Source: Dehalococcoidia bacterium (GTDB lineage Bacteria; Chloroflexota; Dehalococcoidia; SZUA-161). From it: a stretch of 36,902 nt of DNA. Location of the stretch: contig JACUUS010000003.1 of assembly GCA_014859215.1 (NCBI GenBank), positions 1 through 36,902 of the forward strand, in the 5' to 3' direction. The position numbers were made by a program, and so were the translations under genes. Numbering within the stretch: the stretch's first letter is position 1; the number at the start of each line of letters is the position of its first letter. The notes under the pieces are model-generated. The model worked only from the letters and a program-made list of their open reading frames with translations, did not search any database and had not been told where the DNA came from. This document shows positions 23,145 through 31,851 of the stretch, in pieces.

Positions 23145-24524
23145 ATGAGTCCAATGCGGCTGCCGAGCATGTTGAAGAAGGCTTTCGTACTCCTGGCGCT
23201 GGTCTGGCTTGCCGTAACGATGGTATTCGCAAGCCCGGGCGCAGCCTCAAATACGGTACGGATCGACATATTGCGGGTTGATGGGACTATCGTTCCGGCT
23301 GTCGCAAGCTATATCGACCGGGGTATCAGCGAGGCGGAGGCGAATGGAGCCGAACTTGTTATCATCGAGCTGAGCACACCGGGCGGTCTTCTTTCCACTA
23401 CCGAGAATATCATAGACCGGATTCTTGACGCCGAAGTCCCTGTGGTTGTGTACGTAAATCGCTGGGCAGGTTCAGCTGGAACATTTATCACTCTCGCTGC
23501 GCACGTGGCTGCCATGGCGCCGGGAAGCCGTATCGGGGCAGCAAGCCCTGTTACGATGGGCGAAGAAGAGCTCTCGGACACTATGCAGCGAAAGATCACT
23601 GAAGATACCAGGGCAAGAATAAGAGGCCTTGCGATTCTTCGTGGACGAAATGTCGCCGCAGCCGAAGCGACGGTGGTAGAGGCCCTGTCTTTCACTGACG
23701 GTGAAGCACTTGGGAAAGTGGCTTTGCCTGAGCATCAACAGGAAGTGTTGAACCTGGAGAGTCCTTATCTAGATCCCCCATTAGTAGATATGGGCGCATC
23801 CAGCATCGACGATCTTGTTTCAAGTCTGAACGGGATGACGGTGGTTGTGGCGAACCAGGAAGTCACGATCAACACTGAGGACTATACAGTCAACCCGGTT
23901 GACATGACTCTCGTGGAGCGGTTTCTCCAGGTCATCAGTGATCCAAACATCGCTTATATTCTCCTGAGCCTCGCCGTAACGGCACTGATTCTGGAGCTTA
24001 TTAACCCCGGGGCAATCCTGCCCGGAGTGGTCGGGGCAGTCAGTCTTATTCTCGCGTTCTATTCGCTGGCTGTGCTCGAAGCCTCGTGGGCCGGCATCTT
24101 TTTCATTATACTTGGGTTCATACTATTCATCGCGGAAGTATTTACGACAACCTTTGGAATACTCACCCTGGGGGGCATAGTCTCGCTTGTTATGGGAGCC
24201 CTGATTCTCTTTGGTGGAGGACCTGAAGTGTTTCAACTCCAGATAGACTGGTGGGCGATTGCTCTCGTCGTGGTATTTATAGCTGTCATCTTCATATTTG
24301 TTGTAGGCGCCATAGTGCGTTCACAACGCCGCCAGCCCGCAACTGGTAAGGAGGGATTGATAGGAAGTACCGGGACCGTTCAGACCGAGCTCAACCCCAC
24401 GGGTCTGGTGATGGTCCAGGGCGAGCGCTGGACAGCGACAGCCGAGGATGATAGAATCGAGCCGGGCTCGGAGGTTATAGTGACAGGGGTGGAAGGACTA
24501 AAGCTCCGGGTCATGAAGAAATAG
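23145..24524 (+). CDS. nfeD: NfeD family membrane protein (ClpP-like domain, TM segments, OB fold)
   Basis: Signal peptide, STPGGL, AGSAGTFI, MAPGSRIGAASP, several TM helices and C-terminal TGKEGLIG...GERWTA; upstream of an SPFH gene. Confidence 0.9.
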   Translation: MSPMRLPSMLKKAFVLLALVWLAVTMVFASPGAASNTVRIDILRVDGTIVPAVASYIDRGISEAEANGAELVIIELSTPGGLLSTTENIIDRILDAEVPVVVYVNRWAGSAGTFITLAAHVAAMAPGSRIGAASPVTMGEEELSDTMQRKITEDTRARIRGLAILRGRNVAAAEATVVEALSFTDGEALGKVALPEHQQEVLNLESPYLDPPLVDMGASSIDDLVSSLNGMTVVVANQEVTINTEDYTVNPVDMTLVERFLQVISDPNIAYILLSLAVTALILELINPGAILPGVVGAVSLILAFYSLAVLEASWAGIFFIILGFILFIAEVFTTTFGILTLGGIVSLVMGALILFGGGPEVFQLQIDWWAIALVVVFIAVIFIFVVGAIVRSQRRQPATGKEGLIGSTGTVQTELNPTGLVMVQGERWTATAEDDRIEPGSEVIVTGVEGLKLRVMKK

Positions 24525-24535
24525 AGGAGTAACTG

Positions 24536-25309
24536 ATGGAAGTTGTGGTCATAGCTGTAATTGCCTTCCTCTTCGTGGTGTTGATTGTGGGTTCGGCCGC
24601 GATCAAGATCGCGCAGGAGTATGAGCGGGGCGTGATATTCAGGCTGGGGAAGTTTACCGGTGTCCGGGGCCCCGGCCTGTTCGTTATCATTCCCTTCGTC
24701 GAACGTAGCGTGAAGGTTGATTTGCGTGTTGTAACCCTGGATATCCCTCAGCAGGAGGCGATTACCCGGGACAACGTCACCGTCAAGGTAAACGCGGTCG
24801 TCTACTTCAGGGTGGTCAAACCTGAGGATTCCGTAATCAAGGTCTTCGATCATCGGTATGCCACTTCACAGATTTCGCAGACTACTCTGCGGAGTATTAT
24901 CGGCCAGCATGACCTGGATGAGCTGCTTTCCCAGAGAGAGAAGCTCAACCAGGATCTTCAGCAGATAATCGACGAGCAGACTGATCCCTGGGGTGTGAAG
25001 GTCGGTGTGGTTGAAATCAAAGAGGTCGACCTGCCGAGTTCGATGGTACGCGCCATCGGCGCCCAGGCGGAAGCTGAACGCGAACGAAGGGCCAAAGTCA
25101 TCCATGCTGAGGGTGAATTCCAGGCTGCTCAGAAGCTGGCCGACGCCGCAGAAGTAATTGCTGAACAGCCTACAGCGATGCAACTGAGGTATCTCCAGAC
25201 GCTCACCACCATTGCAACCGAGAATACAAGCGTGGTGGTATTCCCCTTGCCGATGGACCTGATCAAGCCTCTGCTGGAGCTCGGCAAGCCCAAAGCGAGC
25301 CCCAAGTAA
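24536..25309 (+). CDS. SPFH / stomatin-like (slipin) protein
   Basis: N-terminal [34 protein letters not shown] and QLRYLQTL; SD GAGGAG. Confidence 0.93.
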   Translation: MEVVVIAVIAFLFVVLIVGSAAIKIAQEYERGVIFRLGKFTGVRGPGLFVIIPFVERSVKVDLRVVTLDIPQQEAITRDNVTVKVNAVVYFRVVKPEDSVIKVFDHRYATSQISQTTLRSIIGQHDLDELLSQREKLNQDLQQIIDEQTDPWGVKVGVVEIKEVDLPSSMVRAIGAQAEAERERRAKVIHAEGEFQAAQKLADAAEVIAEQPTAMQLRYLQTLTTIATENTSVVVFPLPMDLIKPLLELGKPKASPK

Positions 25310-25325
25310 GAAGAGACCGCTGTTG

Positions 25326-25365
25326 TGATCTCCCGGCTCGGAAAAATCTTCCGGTCGGGAGATCA
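25326..25365. terminator. Hairpin between the convergent SPFH and birA genes
   Basis: TGATCTCCCG (25326-25335) pairs with CGGGAGATCA (25356-25365), with an inner CGGAA/TTCCG stem; no U-tract. Confidence 0.55.
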
Positions 25366-26136
25366 GGTGCGCAGGGTTACTTCACCCGCTATGATTCGGG
25401 CCAGGCTGCCGTCGGAGCGCCGGAGAAGCAGAGATCCGTCAGCGCCTACAGAATCCGCATAGCCTTCCTCGACGAGCTTGCCGGAGGTTACCCGGATATG
25501 CCTTCCCAGCGTATCCATAATTCCCTTCCATTCCAGGTGGATAGGTTCTCCCCTGCGCAGTGCCAGGTAGAGTTCCTCGAATTCCTGGAAGAGATGGACA
25601 AGCACATCCACCTGTGACACCTGTCTGCCGAGCTCATTTGAAAGGCTCGTAGCCATAGACGATATTTCGGGGAATGCTGCCGGGTCGAAGTTCACGTTTA
25701 TGCCAATTCCTGTTACGGCCCAGTCAACGCTCTGCCCACGCAGCGCGCTTTCCGTCAGGATGCCGCTGACTTTCAAGCCTTTCAGGAGGACGTCGTTAGG
25801 CCATTTGATCCTTGGCTCGAGCCCGGTAGCCTTCCGGATGCAGCGGCTGGTCGCCAGAGATGAGACGATCGTAATACCCAGAAGCTGATGCAGTGGCGGA
25901 CGCAGGATAATGGATACGGCTAGTACTCCCGGCGGATTAATCCATGATCGCCCCAGCCGCGCCCGACCTTCAGTCTGTTCTTCCGCTACCACAGCCGTGC
26001 CTTCCGGTGCGCCTTCGCGGGCTGCCTGGCGGGCGACGTCGTTTGTGGAAGTGGTGCTCGCAAAATAGAGGAGATTGCGACCCACGAACTGCGTGGTCAG
26101 CCTTTCCAGGACCGCGCTCTTCAAGCTGTTGTTCAA
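25363..26136 (-). CDS. birA: Biotin-protein ligase without N-terminal HTH
   Basis: STN, EQTEGRARLGRSW, KWPND, KVSGILTE and GIGINV. Confidence 0.93.
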   Translation of the reverse strand: MNNSLKSAVLERLTTQFVGRNLLYFASTTSTNDVARQAAREGAPEGTAVVAEEQTEGRARLGRSWINPPGVLAVSIILRPPLHQLLGITIVSSLATSRCIRKATGLEPRIKWPNDVLLKGLKVSGILTESALRGQSVDWAVTGIGINVNFDPAAFPEISSMATSLSNELGRQVSQVDVLVHLFQEFEELYLALRRGEPIHLEWKGIMDTLGRHIRVTSGKLVEEGYADSVGADGSLLLRRSDGSLARIIAGEVTLRT

Positions 26137-26197
26137 GCCTTGTCACCTACATTGATGGAGCGGTCACTTCCCTGGAAATGACCGCTCCACGTTTAGC

Positions 26198-26572
26198 CAA
26201 GTAAGCCTGTAAGCCGAGTTCTGTACTTGAACGACCCGGCGTTTTCACCGCATCGTTCAGGTGGTGACCATCTATCTAGGATGACAGTTACCCGTCATCT
26301 CAAGCGACCAACCCGAGGACAGGCCGGGCGTCCTGTAGTCCTCCTTTTCGGTCTTGCTCCGGATGGGGTTTGCCCAGCCAGCCGGTCACCCGGCTGCTGG
26401 TGAGCTCTTACCTCACCATTTCACCCTTGGTCCACTTGCGTGGGCCGGTATGTTTCTGTGGCACTTTCCGTAGGGTTTCCCCTCCTGGGCGTTACCCAGC
26501 ATCTTGCCCGGTGGAGCTCGGACTTTCCTCCCCCTTACCCTGGCATTAGAGGGCGGCCACCCGGCTTACTTG
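26198..26572 (-). ncRNA. rnpB: RNase P RNA, bacterial type A
   Basis: GAGGAAAGTCCGAGCTCC, GGAAAGTGCCACAGAAA, GGCAAACCCC and ACAGAACTCGGCTTA conserved blocks. P1 is CAAGTAAGCC/GGCTTACTTG. P13, P14, P18 and P19 hairpins are visible. Confidence 0.97.
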
Positions 26573-26580
26573 ACGATCAT

Positions 26581-26609
26581 AGTTTACCATAAGTCGTACC
26601 TGAATTCAA
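26581..26609 (-). promoter_or_regulatory. rnpB promoter
   Basis: TTGAAT (26609-26604), 17 nt, TAAACT (26586-26581) with TGn extension, just upstream of the RNA 5' end. Confidence 0.7.
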
Positions 26610-26625
26610 CAGGAATCGCGAACGA

Positions 26626-27327
26626 TCATTCCATATAGAGGATGCGCCCGCAGTTGCTGCACATTGTCAGGCTGTGCCCCGCCCTGGCTCTCTGCTGGTC
26701 GGAGACTGGAAGGCTGATCCGGCAACCCTGGCATCTGCCTTGGACAAGCTTCGCAACCGCCAGACCTTGTTTCGCGTATCGGATGCTCTCGTAGGTCTTC
26801 AGATCATCCGGGTCAATGCGCGCGGCGAGCAGTTTTCTTTGCTCTTCAAGCCGTTTCAGGGCTGCTTCATTTTCCAGCAGGTCATCCGATAACCTCTTCT
26901 GGTCTTCCTGCCAGCTCCTCTCCCTGATCTCAAGTTCGCTTCGCCTTGAGGCGGCCTCTTCCTGGGCGGCATCCACATTCATCATGATATCGAGAAGCCG
27001 CTCCTCCTGGCTTCTACACTGCTCTCTTAATACATCAATTTCATGCTGCAGGTTGAGGAGCTCCCTGGGGTTCTTGATCGAGCCGTCGTAAAGCTTCTTC
27101 TCTTCGGATGCTATTTTCTTCTCAGTCTCGCTGACGGCAAACTCGGCTGAACGCTGCTCGCGCTCTTCAGACGACAGTTCCTTCTGCAGTGCGGCAAGGG
27201 TCTGCCTGGCTGCCACCAACTCTTCGTCCTTCCCGAGCTGGTTCCTGATACTGGAGATAGTTTCGTTCTTGCGTGTGATTTCCGTATCTATTTCCTGGAG
27301 TCCATAAAGGAGCTTGACCTTATTCAT
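26626..27327 (-). CDS. Coiled-coil protein with C4-type zinc ribbon (DUF164/CT398-like)
   Basis: LQEID start, long coiled coil and C-terminal CQGCR...CSNCGRILY. ATG 27327 preferred over TTG 27366. Confidence 0.88.
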   Translation of the reverse strand: MNKVKLLYGLQEIDTEITRKNETISSIRNQLGKDEELVAARQTLAALQKELSSEEREQRSAEFAVSETEKKIASEEKKLYDGSIKNPRELLNLQHEIDVLREQCRSQEERLLDIMMNVDAAQEEAASRRSELEIRERSWQEDQKRLSDDLLENEAALKRLEEQRKLLAARIDPDDLKTYESIRYAKQGLAVAKLVQGRCQGCRISLPVSDQQRARAGHSLTMCSNCGRILYME

Positions 27328-27517
27328 TTCTAATTCTGATATAACATAAAAAGGTCCGCTCGGCAACCTTGGTCAGGTTGTTACAACTATCACTGCTCCT
27401 TTTCCGCGCAGAAAACAGACGTGGCAGTAGTGCGGGGTATGCTTAGGCCCGGTGCCCTTTTTGATGTCGAAAAGTCTTGAGGCCGAATGCGGTCAGCCGG
27501 GAGGCAGCATCAAGATG

Positions 27518-27682
27518 TTAGACGGAGGTCCGAAAATTCGGGAGTGGAGCGCTTGCGTTCTCGTGAGTCCGCTTGTGTTCAGGAATAGAGGAACACAGGC
27601 TTGCTGCTTTATCGCGAAGCTCATCCAGCATCTCGCAGCACATGAACCAAAGGCTACCCAGCCAGAACGGTGATGCCCTCAT
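27518..27682 (-). CDS. Candidate small ORF (54 aa), not in the ORF track
   Basis: MRASPFWLGSLWFMCCEMLDELRDKAASLCSS...RTSV; purine-rich AAGGGGATAAGG before the ATG; promoter-like TTGCCC-17-CACAAT upstream. Confidence 0.3.
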   Translation of the reverse strand: MRASPFWLGSLWFMCCEMLDELRDKAASLCSSIPEHKRTHENASAPLPNFRTSV

Positions 27683-27768
27683 CCTTATCCCCCTTCGGAA
27701 GGCGATTCCAGCGACACCTGTGAGGAGAATCCCTTGAACGGATTGTGATCTGACCTGCTGGCCCGGGC

Positions 27769-27800
27769 AATCCCACTTAGGTACTAATGGAATCCCACTT
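27769..27800. repeat. 10-bp direct repeat AATCCCACTT with 22-bp period (candidate regulator site)
   Basis: Exact copies at 27769-27778 and 27791-27800, flanking AGGTACT. Confidence 0.55.
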
Positions 27801-27830
27801 TGGTCCTGCCAGGGGGAAACGTCGTCCTCG

Positions 27831-27863
27831 AAAAACAGGGGGACCGCCGGAGGCGGTCCCCTG
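27831..27863 (-). terminator. Intrinsic terminator of the surface-protein operon
   Basis: GGGGACCGCC/GGCGGTCCCC stem followed by GTTTTT on the minus strand, 12 nt after the stop at 27876. Confidence 0.8.
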
Positions 27864-27875
27864 ACGATGCGCAGA

Positions 27876-28448
27876 TTATCTCTGTGAGAAGGACCTTAAT
27901 CCAAAGAACAGCACTACTCCCAGCAATCCAGCCCCAATAATACTGAATATGACCATCGTGGCTGTCTTGCCCGCACCTCCGGGATTGTCGACCGGCGTAG
28001 GAGTGGCCTCGGGAGTTGGTTCGGGTGTGACGGTCGGCGCAGGAGTCGGCGTGGGCGCCGGTGTGGCTGTCGGCTGAGGAGTGGGTGTGGGGGTGGGTAT
28101 AGTCGAGGCAGTCAGATTAACCTGGAGGTTGCCCCCGGTCTCCCAGGAAGATGTCTGTGCTGCCGCGTACTGACCGATCCAGAAGGTTATTACGGCTCCC
28201 TCTGGATACTGTGTGCCGGCAGGCGGAGTCATCCGAACGAAGTAGGTGGACGGGCCGTACTCCGAGGGCGTGGTGGCTGTGTAAACTCCATCCTCAACTA
28301 CCACCGTAATCGCGGTGCCATCAGGTACCGGAGCACCGTTCAAAGTGACGGTACCGCGCAGGCTGCAGGGCAGCTGTCCGCCCTGGGCCTGGACTATGGA
28401 AGGCGCAAGCAAGATCAATGCAACTAGCAAGACCGGAATTAATCTCAT
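27876..28448 (-). CDS. Secreted, C-terminally membrane-anchored protein with Pro/Thr stalk
   Basis: Signal peptide ending VQA/AQ, ~90 aa beta-rich domain, (PT)n linker, TM helix and short basic tail. Confidence 0.85.
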   Translation of the reverse strand: MRLIPVLLVALILLAPSIVQAQGGQLPCSLRGTVTLNGAPVPDGTAITVVVEDGVYTATTPSEYGPSTYFVRMTPPAGTQYPEGAVITFWIGQYAAAQTSSWETGGNLQVNLTASTIPTPTPTPQPTATPAPTPTPAPTVTPEPTPEATPTPVDNPGGAGKTATMVIFSIIGAGLLGVVLFFGLRSFSQR

Positions 28449-28459
28449 CTGGACACCGC

Positions 28460-29173
28460 CTATTCTTTATCCTGTTCTTTGCCTGTTTTCTTGGCCGGGT
28501 TATGGAAACGGTATTTCCACAACAGGTAACCCCCCATCATCCCGCCTACGACGACCGCGCATATTGTGGACGCTGTTATGATAGGAGTCCACAAATCTGG
28601 CTGCGCCGCCCCGGTGGATGGTGTGGGACTGATTGTAGGGGACGCCGTCGGCTCGGGGGCGCTGACAGGGGTGTCTGTCGGGGTGGGTTCAGGTTCCGGG
28701 GTGGGAGTGGGAACAGGGCCTGGAGTGGGGGTCGCCGCAGGCGTCGGTGTGCTGACTGGAGTGGGCGTTGGCTGTGGAGCCCTGGCAACAAGGTCGAATT
28801 GGATGTTCCCGCCCATTTCCCATGAGGCTGTCTCCTCAACCATGAGGTTTCCTACCCTGAACGAGACAGGGGTCCCGTAGCGGTAGGCTCCGGGTTCCGG
28901 AACGACGATGATCTCGTATGTGGAGCTCCCTGCGATGCCGGGAGTCCTCACAGAATACTCGTCGCCTTCGATAACCAGCGTGATCAGAGTGCCGTCCGGT
29001 ACCCACTGGCCGTCAATCTCAACGGCCCCGTAGAATCGGCACGGAGGCACCAGGGTTTCAGCGAAGGCCGTATTTGTCAGCAGCAGGAAGAAGGCCAGGG
29101 CTGCCGCCGGAAGTAGCATTATCGGGGTGACCATTCTCTCAGGTAGCGCAACCTCGCTGTCAGCGTTCGGCAT
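28460..29173 (-). CDS. Paralogous secreted, membrane-anchored Pro/Thr-stalk protein
   Basis: Signal peptide (AFA-E), the same domain as 27876-28448, PT linker, TM and Lys-rich tail. Start may be ATG 29134 or 29119. Confidence 0.85.
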   Translation of the reverse strand: MPNADSEVALPERMVTPIMLLPAAALAFFLLLTNTAFAETLVPPCRFYGAVEIDGQWVPDGTLITLVIEGDEYSVRTPGIAGSSTYEIIVVPEPGAYRYGTPVSFRVGNLMVEETASWEMGGNIQFDLVARAPQPTPTPVSTPTPAATPTPGPVPTPTPEPEPTPTDTPVSAPEPTASPTISPTPSTGAAQPDLWTPIITASTICAVVVGGMMGGYLLWKYRFHNPAKKTGKEQDKE

Positions 29174-29200
29174 GAGTTCACGCGCCGGAATGCTTAATCT

Positions 29201-29229
29201 AATCTAAGCTTTTTGCCACCTGAGGTCAA
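29201..29229 (-). promoter_or_regulatory. Promoter of the surface-protein operon
   Basis: TTGACC (29229-29224), 17 nt, TAGATT (29206-29201). Confidence 0.65.
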
Positions 29230-29288
29230 TAGTCAGGCACAAAAGTCCGGCAGGAGATGATCCGTGACTCGGTTTGGTAGAGGGATCT

Positions 29289-29582
29289 TCAGCGCCTCCG
29301 CCAATCATCGCGGTACGAAAAGATGCCGAAGCCTATCAAGGCCGTACCCGCCCCGACAAATGCCAGGATCATCGACAGGCCTTTGAACATGACCTTAAGC
29401 TGCTCCCATTCTTCGTACTGGAGCTGCAGCACTAAATCGAAAACTTCTCCTATCATAGGGAGATAGCGGAACTCTGTCTCGGCCCTCTCGAAAGCAGACG
29501 TGGTCGTGAGAAACATGATCAGCCCCAGGAGGGATGTTACCACTCCTGTACCGACAATTGCCAGGGAAGTTCGTCTGGACAT
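29289..29582 (-). CDS. Small two-TM membrane protein (97 aa)
   Basis: Two hydrophobic helices and an RRR tail; ATG 29582 follows GGAG. Confidence 0.72.
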   Translation of the reverse strand: MSRRTSLAIVGTGVVTSLLGLIMFLTTTSAFERAETEFRYLPMIGEVFDLVLQLQYEEWEQLKVMFKGLSMILAFVGAGTALIGFGIFSYRDDWRRR

Positions 29583-29720
29583 ACCACTCCGTCCCCGGGA
29601 AGCTTCCATCATCCGGGATACGAGCCTGAATAGTCCTGGATCAAAGGGAGTACGGCCTTAACGCGCGGACCAGTCCCGTCATGGACGGGGAACCAGCGGT
29701 GGTTTTCCGTCCGCGACCAT

Positions 29721-29811
29721 CTTATAACAGCAAAATGCGTTTCAGGCAAGTCCCTGCGGATGAAATGACCGTACCACGTCTATTGCGGTCTTCTTGCGGG
29801 CCATCTATACT
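29721..29811. promoter_or_regulatory. Back-to-back promoters for the two small genes
   Basis: Minus strand: TTGCCT (29749-29744), 17 nt, TATAAG (29726-29721) with TGn extension. Plus strand: TTGCGG (29783-29788), 17 nt, TATACT (29806-29811). Confidence 0.6.
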
Positions 29812-29880
29812 GGCGTCCGTAAAGCAGGCTTGGCCGAAGCGGCATAGAGCAGGGTGAATCTGAGTCCTGTCTGCAAATAG

Positions 29881-30090
29881 ATGATAATGAGACCAAGATT
29901 CTGGTACTGCCCTCTTTGCGGTTATATGCATATGAATACGGACAGTGCCAGGGGAACCTGCCAGACCTGCCCTGCCTGCGGCGAAGAGATGGTGCCCTGC
30001 TGGGGCCAGATTCGAGAGGGCTCATTCAGCCGTCTATGGTGTGAAACCTGCGATAACAGGTCAAGCTGCCCCATGGTCACCGGGAGCTAG
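29881..30090 (+). CDS. Small Cys-rich putative metalloprotein (69 aa)
   Basis: WYCPLCGY...CQTCPACG...C...CETCDNRSSCP; promoter upstream; ends 5 nt from the convergent methyltransferase; no clear SD. Confidence 0.65.
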   Translation: MIMRPRFWYCPLCGYMHMNTDSARGTCQTCPACGEEMVPCWGQIREGSFSRLWCETCDNRSSCPMVTGS

Positions 30091-30095
30091 TCTTT

Positions 30096-30848
30096 TCAAG
30101 CAGGCTTGACGCATACCAGGAGCGGGTAGGTAGTGGGGTCCTCATCCGGCAGGAAGAGGGATTCCCGGTAGAACTCGAACCCGGTTTCCGTTGCGGACCG
30201 GAGCCAGGTGTCCGTTTCGAAGATGCCGCAAGTATGACGGTCGGAGAATATGTCGAGTTTGCCTTTTCGCCTGACAAGAAAGAGAAGCGTGGCCTCATAA
30301 ACTGTATCCGATGGGTCTGGATCATAGAGGTTCTCAATGAACGCAACCTCCATATCATCTCGGGAATGGATGGAGCACGATGTCCAGTTTTGCGGAAAGG
30401 TCTTGGCTGTCTGCTCAATCAAAGTGAGAAAAACACCGCCCGGATTCAGGTGGTAGAAAGCGGTCGCAAAAACGGCCCGCAGGTCTTCCACTGTGAGCAT
30501 GTAGTTCATCGAATCTAAAGCTACAACGGAATCGAAGGTCGCGTCCAGCCTCACCCTGCGCATGTCGCCCCGGCAGTAGGTCGCTTCGGGATTGAGCTTG
30601 CGCGCGAGCTCCAGCATGTTCTCGCTGATGTCCGTACCCGTAACAGTGAAGTGTTTCTTGAAAGTACAATCGTTGTGACCGCCTCCGCAGCCAAGATGGA
30701 GCAAGGTCCTGACGTGAGTCTTCGAGTACTCCCGAATCGTCCCGCTCAGTATCTCAGACTCCTGCGCGTGCGCTTCTGGCGGGCTAATCACCGGCCAGAG
30801 CCAGGAGAAGTCGCCGTAAAGGCGGCATTCTTTCGGTGAAGAAGACAA
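30096..30848 (-). CDS. Class I SAM-dependent methyltransferase
   Basis: LHLGCGGG, GTDISENML, GDMR, FDSV and LNPGGVF; TTG start after AGGAGG. Confidence 0.9.
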   Translation of the reverse strand: MSSSPKECRLYGDFSWLWPVISPPEAHAQESEILSGTIREYSKTHVRTLLHLGCGGGHNDCTFKKHFTVTGTDISENMLELARKLNPEATYCRGDMRRVRLDATFDSVVALDSMNYMLTVEDLRAVFATAFYHLNPGGVFLTLIEQTAKTFPQNWTSCSIHSRDDMEVAFIENLYDPDPSDTVYEATLLFLVRRKGKLDIFSDRHTCGIFETDTWLRSATETGFEFYRESLFLPDEDPTTYPLLVCVKPA

Positions 30849-30967
30849 TCGTGCCTCCTTTTTGTCATCTATCCATCAGTTTAGCATGAAAGTCTGCATG
30901 ATGCGGCGAATGGTTCTGGGAGCCGCGGATTCTCCCGGCCAGGCGGCTCTGGAAAAGCGCGGTGTTC

Positions 30968-31575
30968 TCAAACTCGTCGAGGCATGGTCCGGCGGTGGGA
31001 CATGACCGAGATTGCCAGGAACAAAGCCGCAAGGCATGCGAGGACGAGCAGGTCCAGGACCGGGTGAAACCGGCTTATTCCCTCGATACAGTAGCGGGCC
31101 GCGTCGGTCAGGTAAGTTAAAGGGGAAAAATAAGCTACTACCTGTGCCCATGCGGGCAGGTCGACCAGCGGGATGAAGACCCCGCTTATGGAAACAAGCG
31201 GGAACTTCACGACGGCGGAAATCATGTTCACTGTGGCCGGAAGGTTCGTGGGCATAATTGAGAACATATTGCCCAGACAGGCGAAGCAGAAGGATGCAAG
31301 CAGCACACCTGCGACGAGCACAGGCGGATTGTGAATCTGGACCCCCAGCCCAAGGCCGATGAAAACGGGAATGGCGGAGATGGCGATACCGAAGGCAAAG
31401 GACGCCAGAATACTGCCGGTGATTATGGTCCCCCACCGTAACCGGGCAGGACATCAGTCTTTCCAGGGTCCTTGCCTGAGCTTCCCAGGGTATGACAATG
31501 GTTGATATCGCGGTGGCGGTGAAGAAGAGTATCGTTGCCAGAAGCCCGGGAATCATGAACTCGACTAAGCGAATC
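30968..31575 (-). pseudogene. ABC-2 type exporter permease, 5'-truncated and frameshifted
   Basis: VEFMIPGLL...TLERLMSCPV in one frame and ISGVFIPLVDLPAWAQVVAYFSPLTY in another. Removing one G from the G5 run at 31430-31434 joins them. The N-terminus and cognate ATPase are missing. Confidence 0.8.
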
Positions 31576-31851
31576 CCGGGTTTCTTTGAAGAATCTATCC
31601 AGAGCATCCCGGTTTACGTAGTAGTGCATGTGATAGCCGCGTCTTTCACCATTCACCAGTCCTGCCGATTTCAATACACGCAGGTGCTGCGATACTGCTG
31701 ACTGGGTCACGCCGAGGATTCCGGCCAGGGCATTGACGCAAAGCGCATCGGGGTCGTGCTGGCGGCAAAGCAGTTTCACCAGGCGGAGCCGCGTTGGGTC
31801 TCCAAGCGCGCTGAACAGTGCCGCTTGCTCTTGAGTATTATCGCCGATCAT
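31423..31851 (-). CDS. ArsR/SmtB family regulator whose 3' end runs out of frame into the permease remnant
   Basis: FSALGDPTRLRL, LCVNAL, VTQSAVSQHLRVLKSAGLV and ERRG; ATG 31851 lies downstream of a promoter. Confidence 0.85.
   Translation of the reverse strand: MIGDNTQEQAALFSALGDPTRLRLVKLLCRQHDPDALCVNALAGILGVTQSAVSQHLRVLKSAGLVNGERRGYHMHYYVNRDALDRFFKETRDSLSRVHDSRASGNDTLLHRHRDINHCHTLGSSGKDPGKTDVLPGYGGGP

Noticed and set aside
23105-23150. GATGGAGTT upstream of nfeD as a fluoride riboswitch
   Set aside because: The P1 stem cannot form and the downstream ATGACTCC-type pseudoknot partner is absent.
27452-27673. 73-aa plus-strand ORF
   Set aside because: No SD and no motif; the opposite-strand small ORF has better signals.
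27757-27770. TGGCCCGGGCA as an att duplicate of the tRNA 3' end
   Set aside because: Only a short imperfect match to TGGGCCCGGCA, expected by chance in GC-rich DNA.
27990-28780. Repetitive GGNGTGGG tracts as a CRISPR or tandem DNA repeat
   Set aside because: They are explained by Pro/Thr codons of the two stalk linkers; there is no repeat-spacer periodicity.
29854-29883. In-frame GTG...TAG directly before the Cys-rich ORF as amber read-through
   Set aside because: No pyl genes or supporting signal in the window, and the ATG right after the TAG suffices.
30876-31607. 243-aa ORF as an intact gene
   Set aside because: Only its first ~58 aa include permease-like sequence; the rest is out-of-frame run-on past the frameshift.
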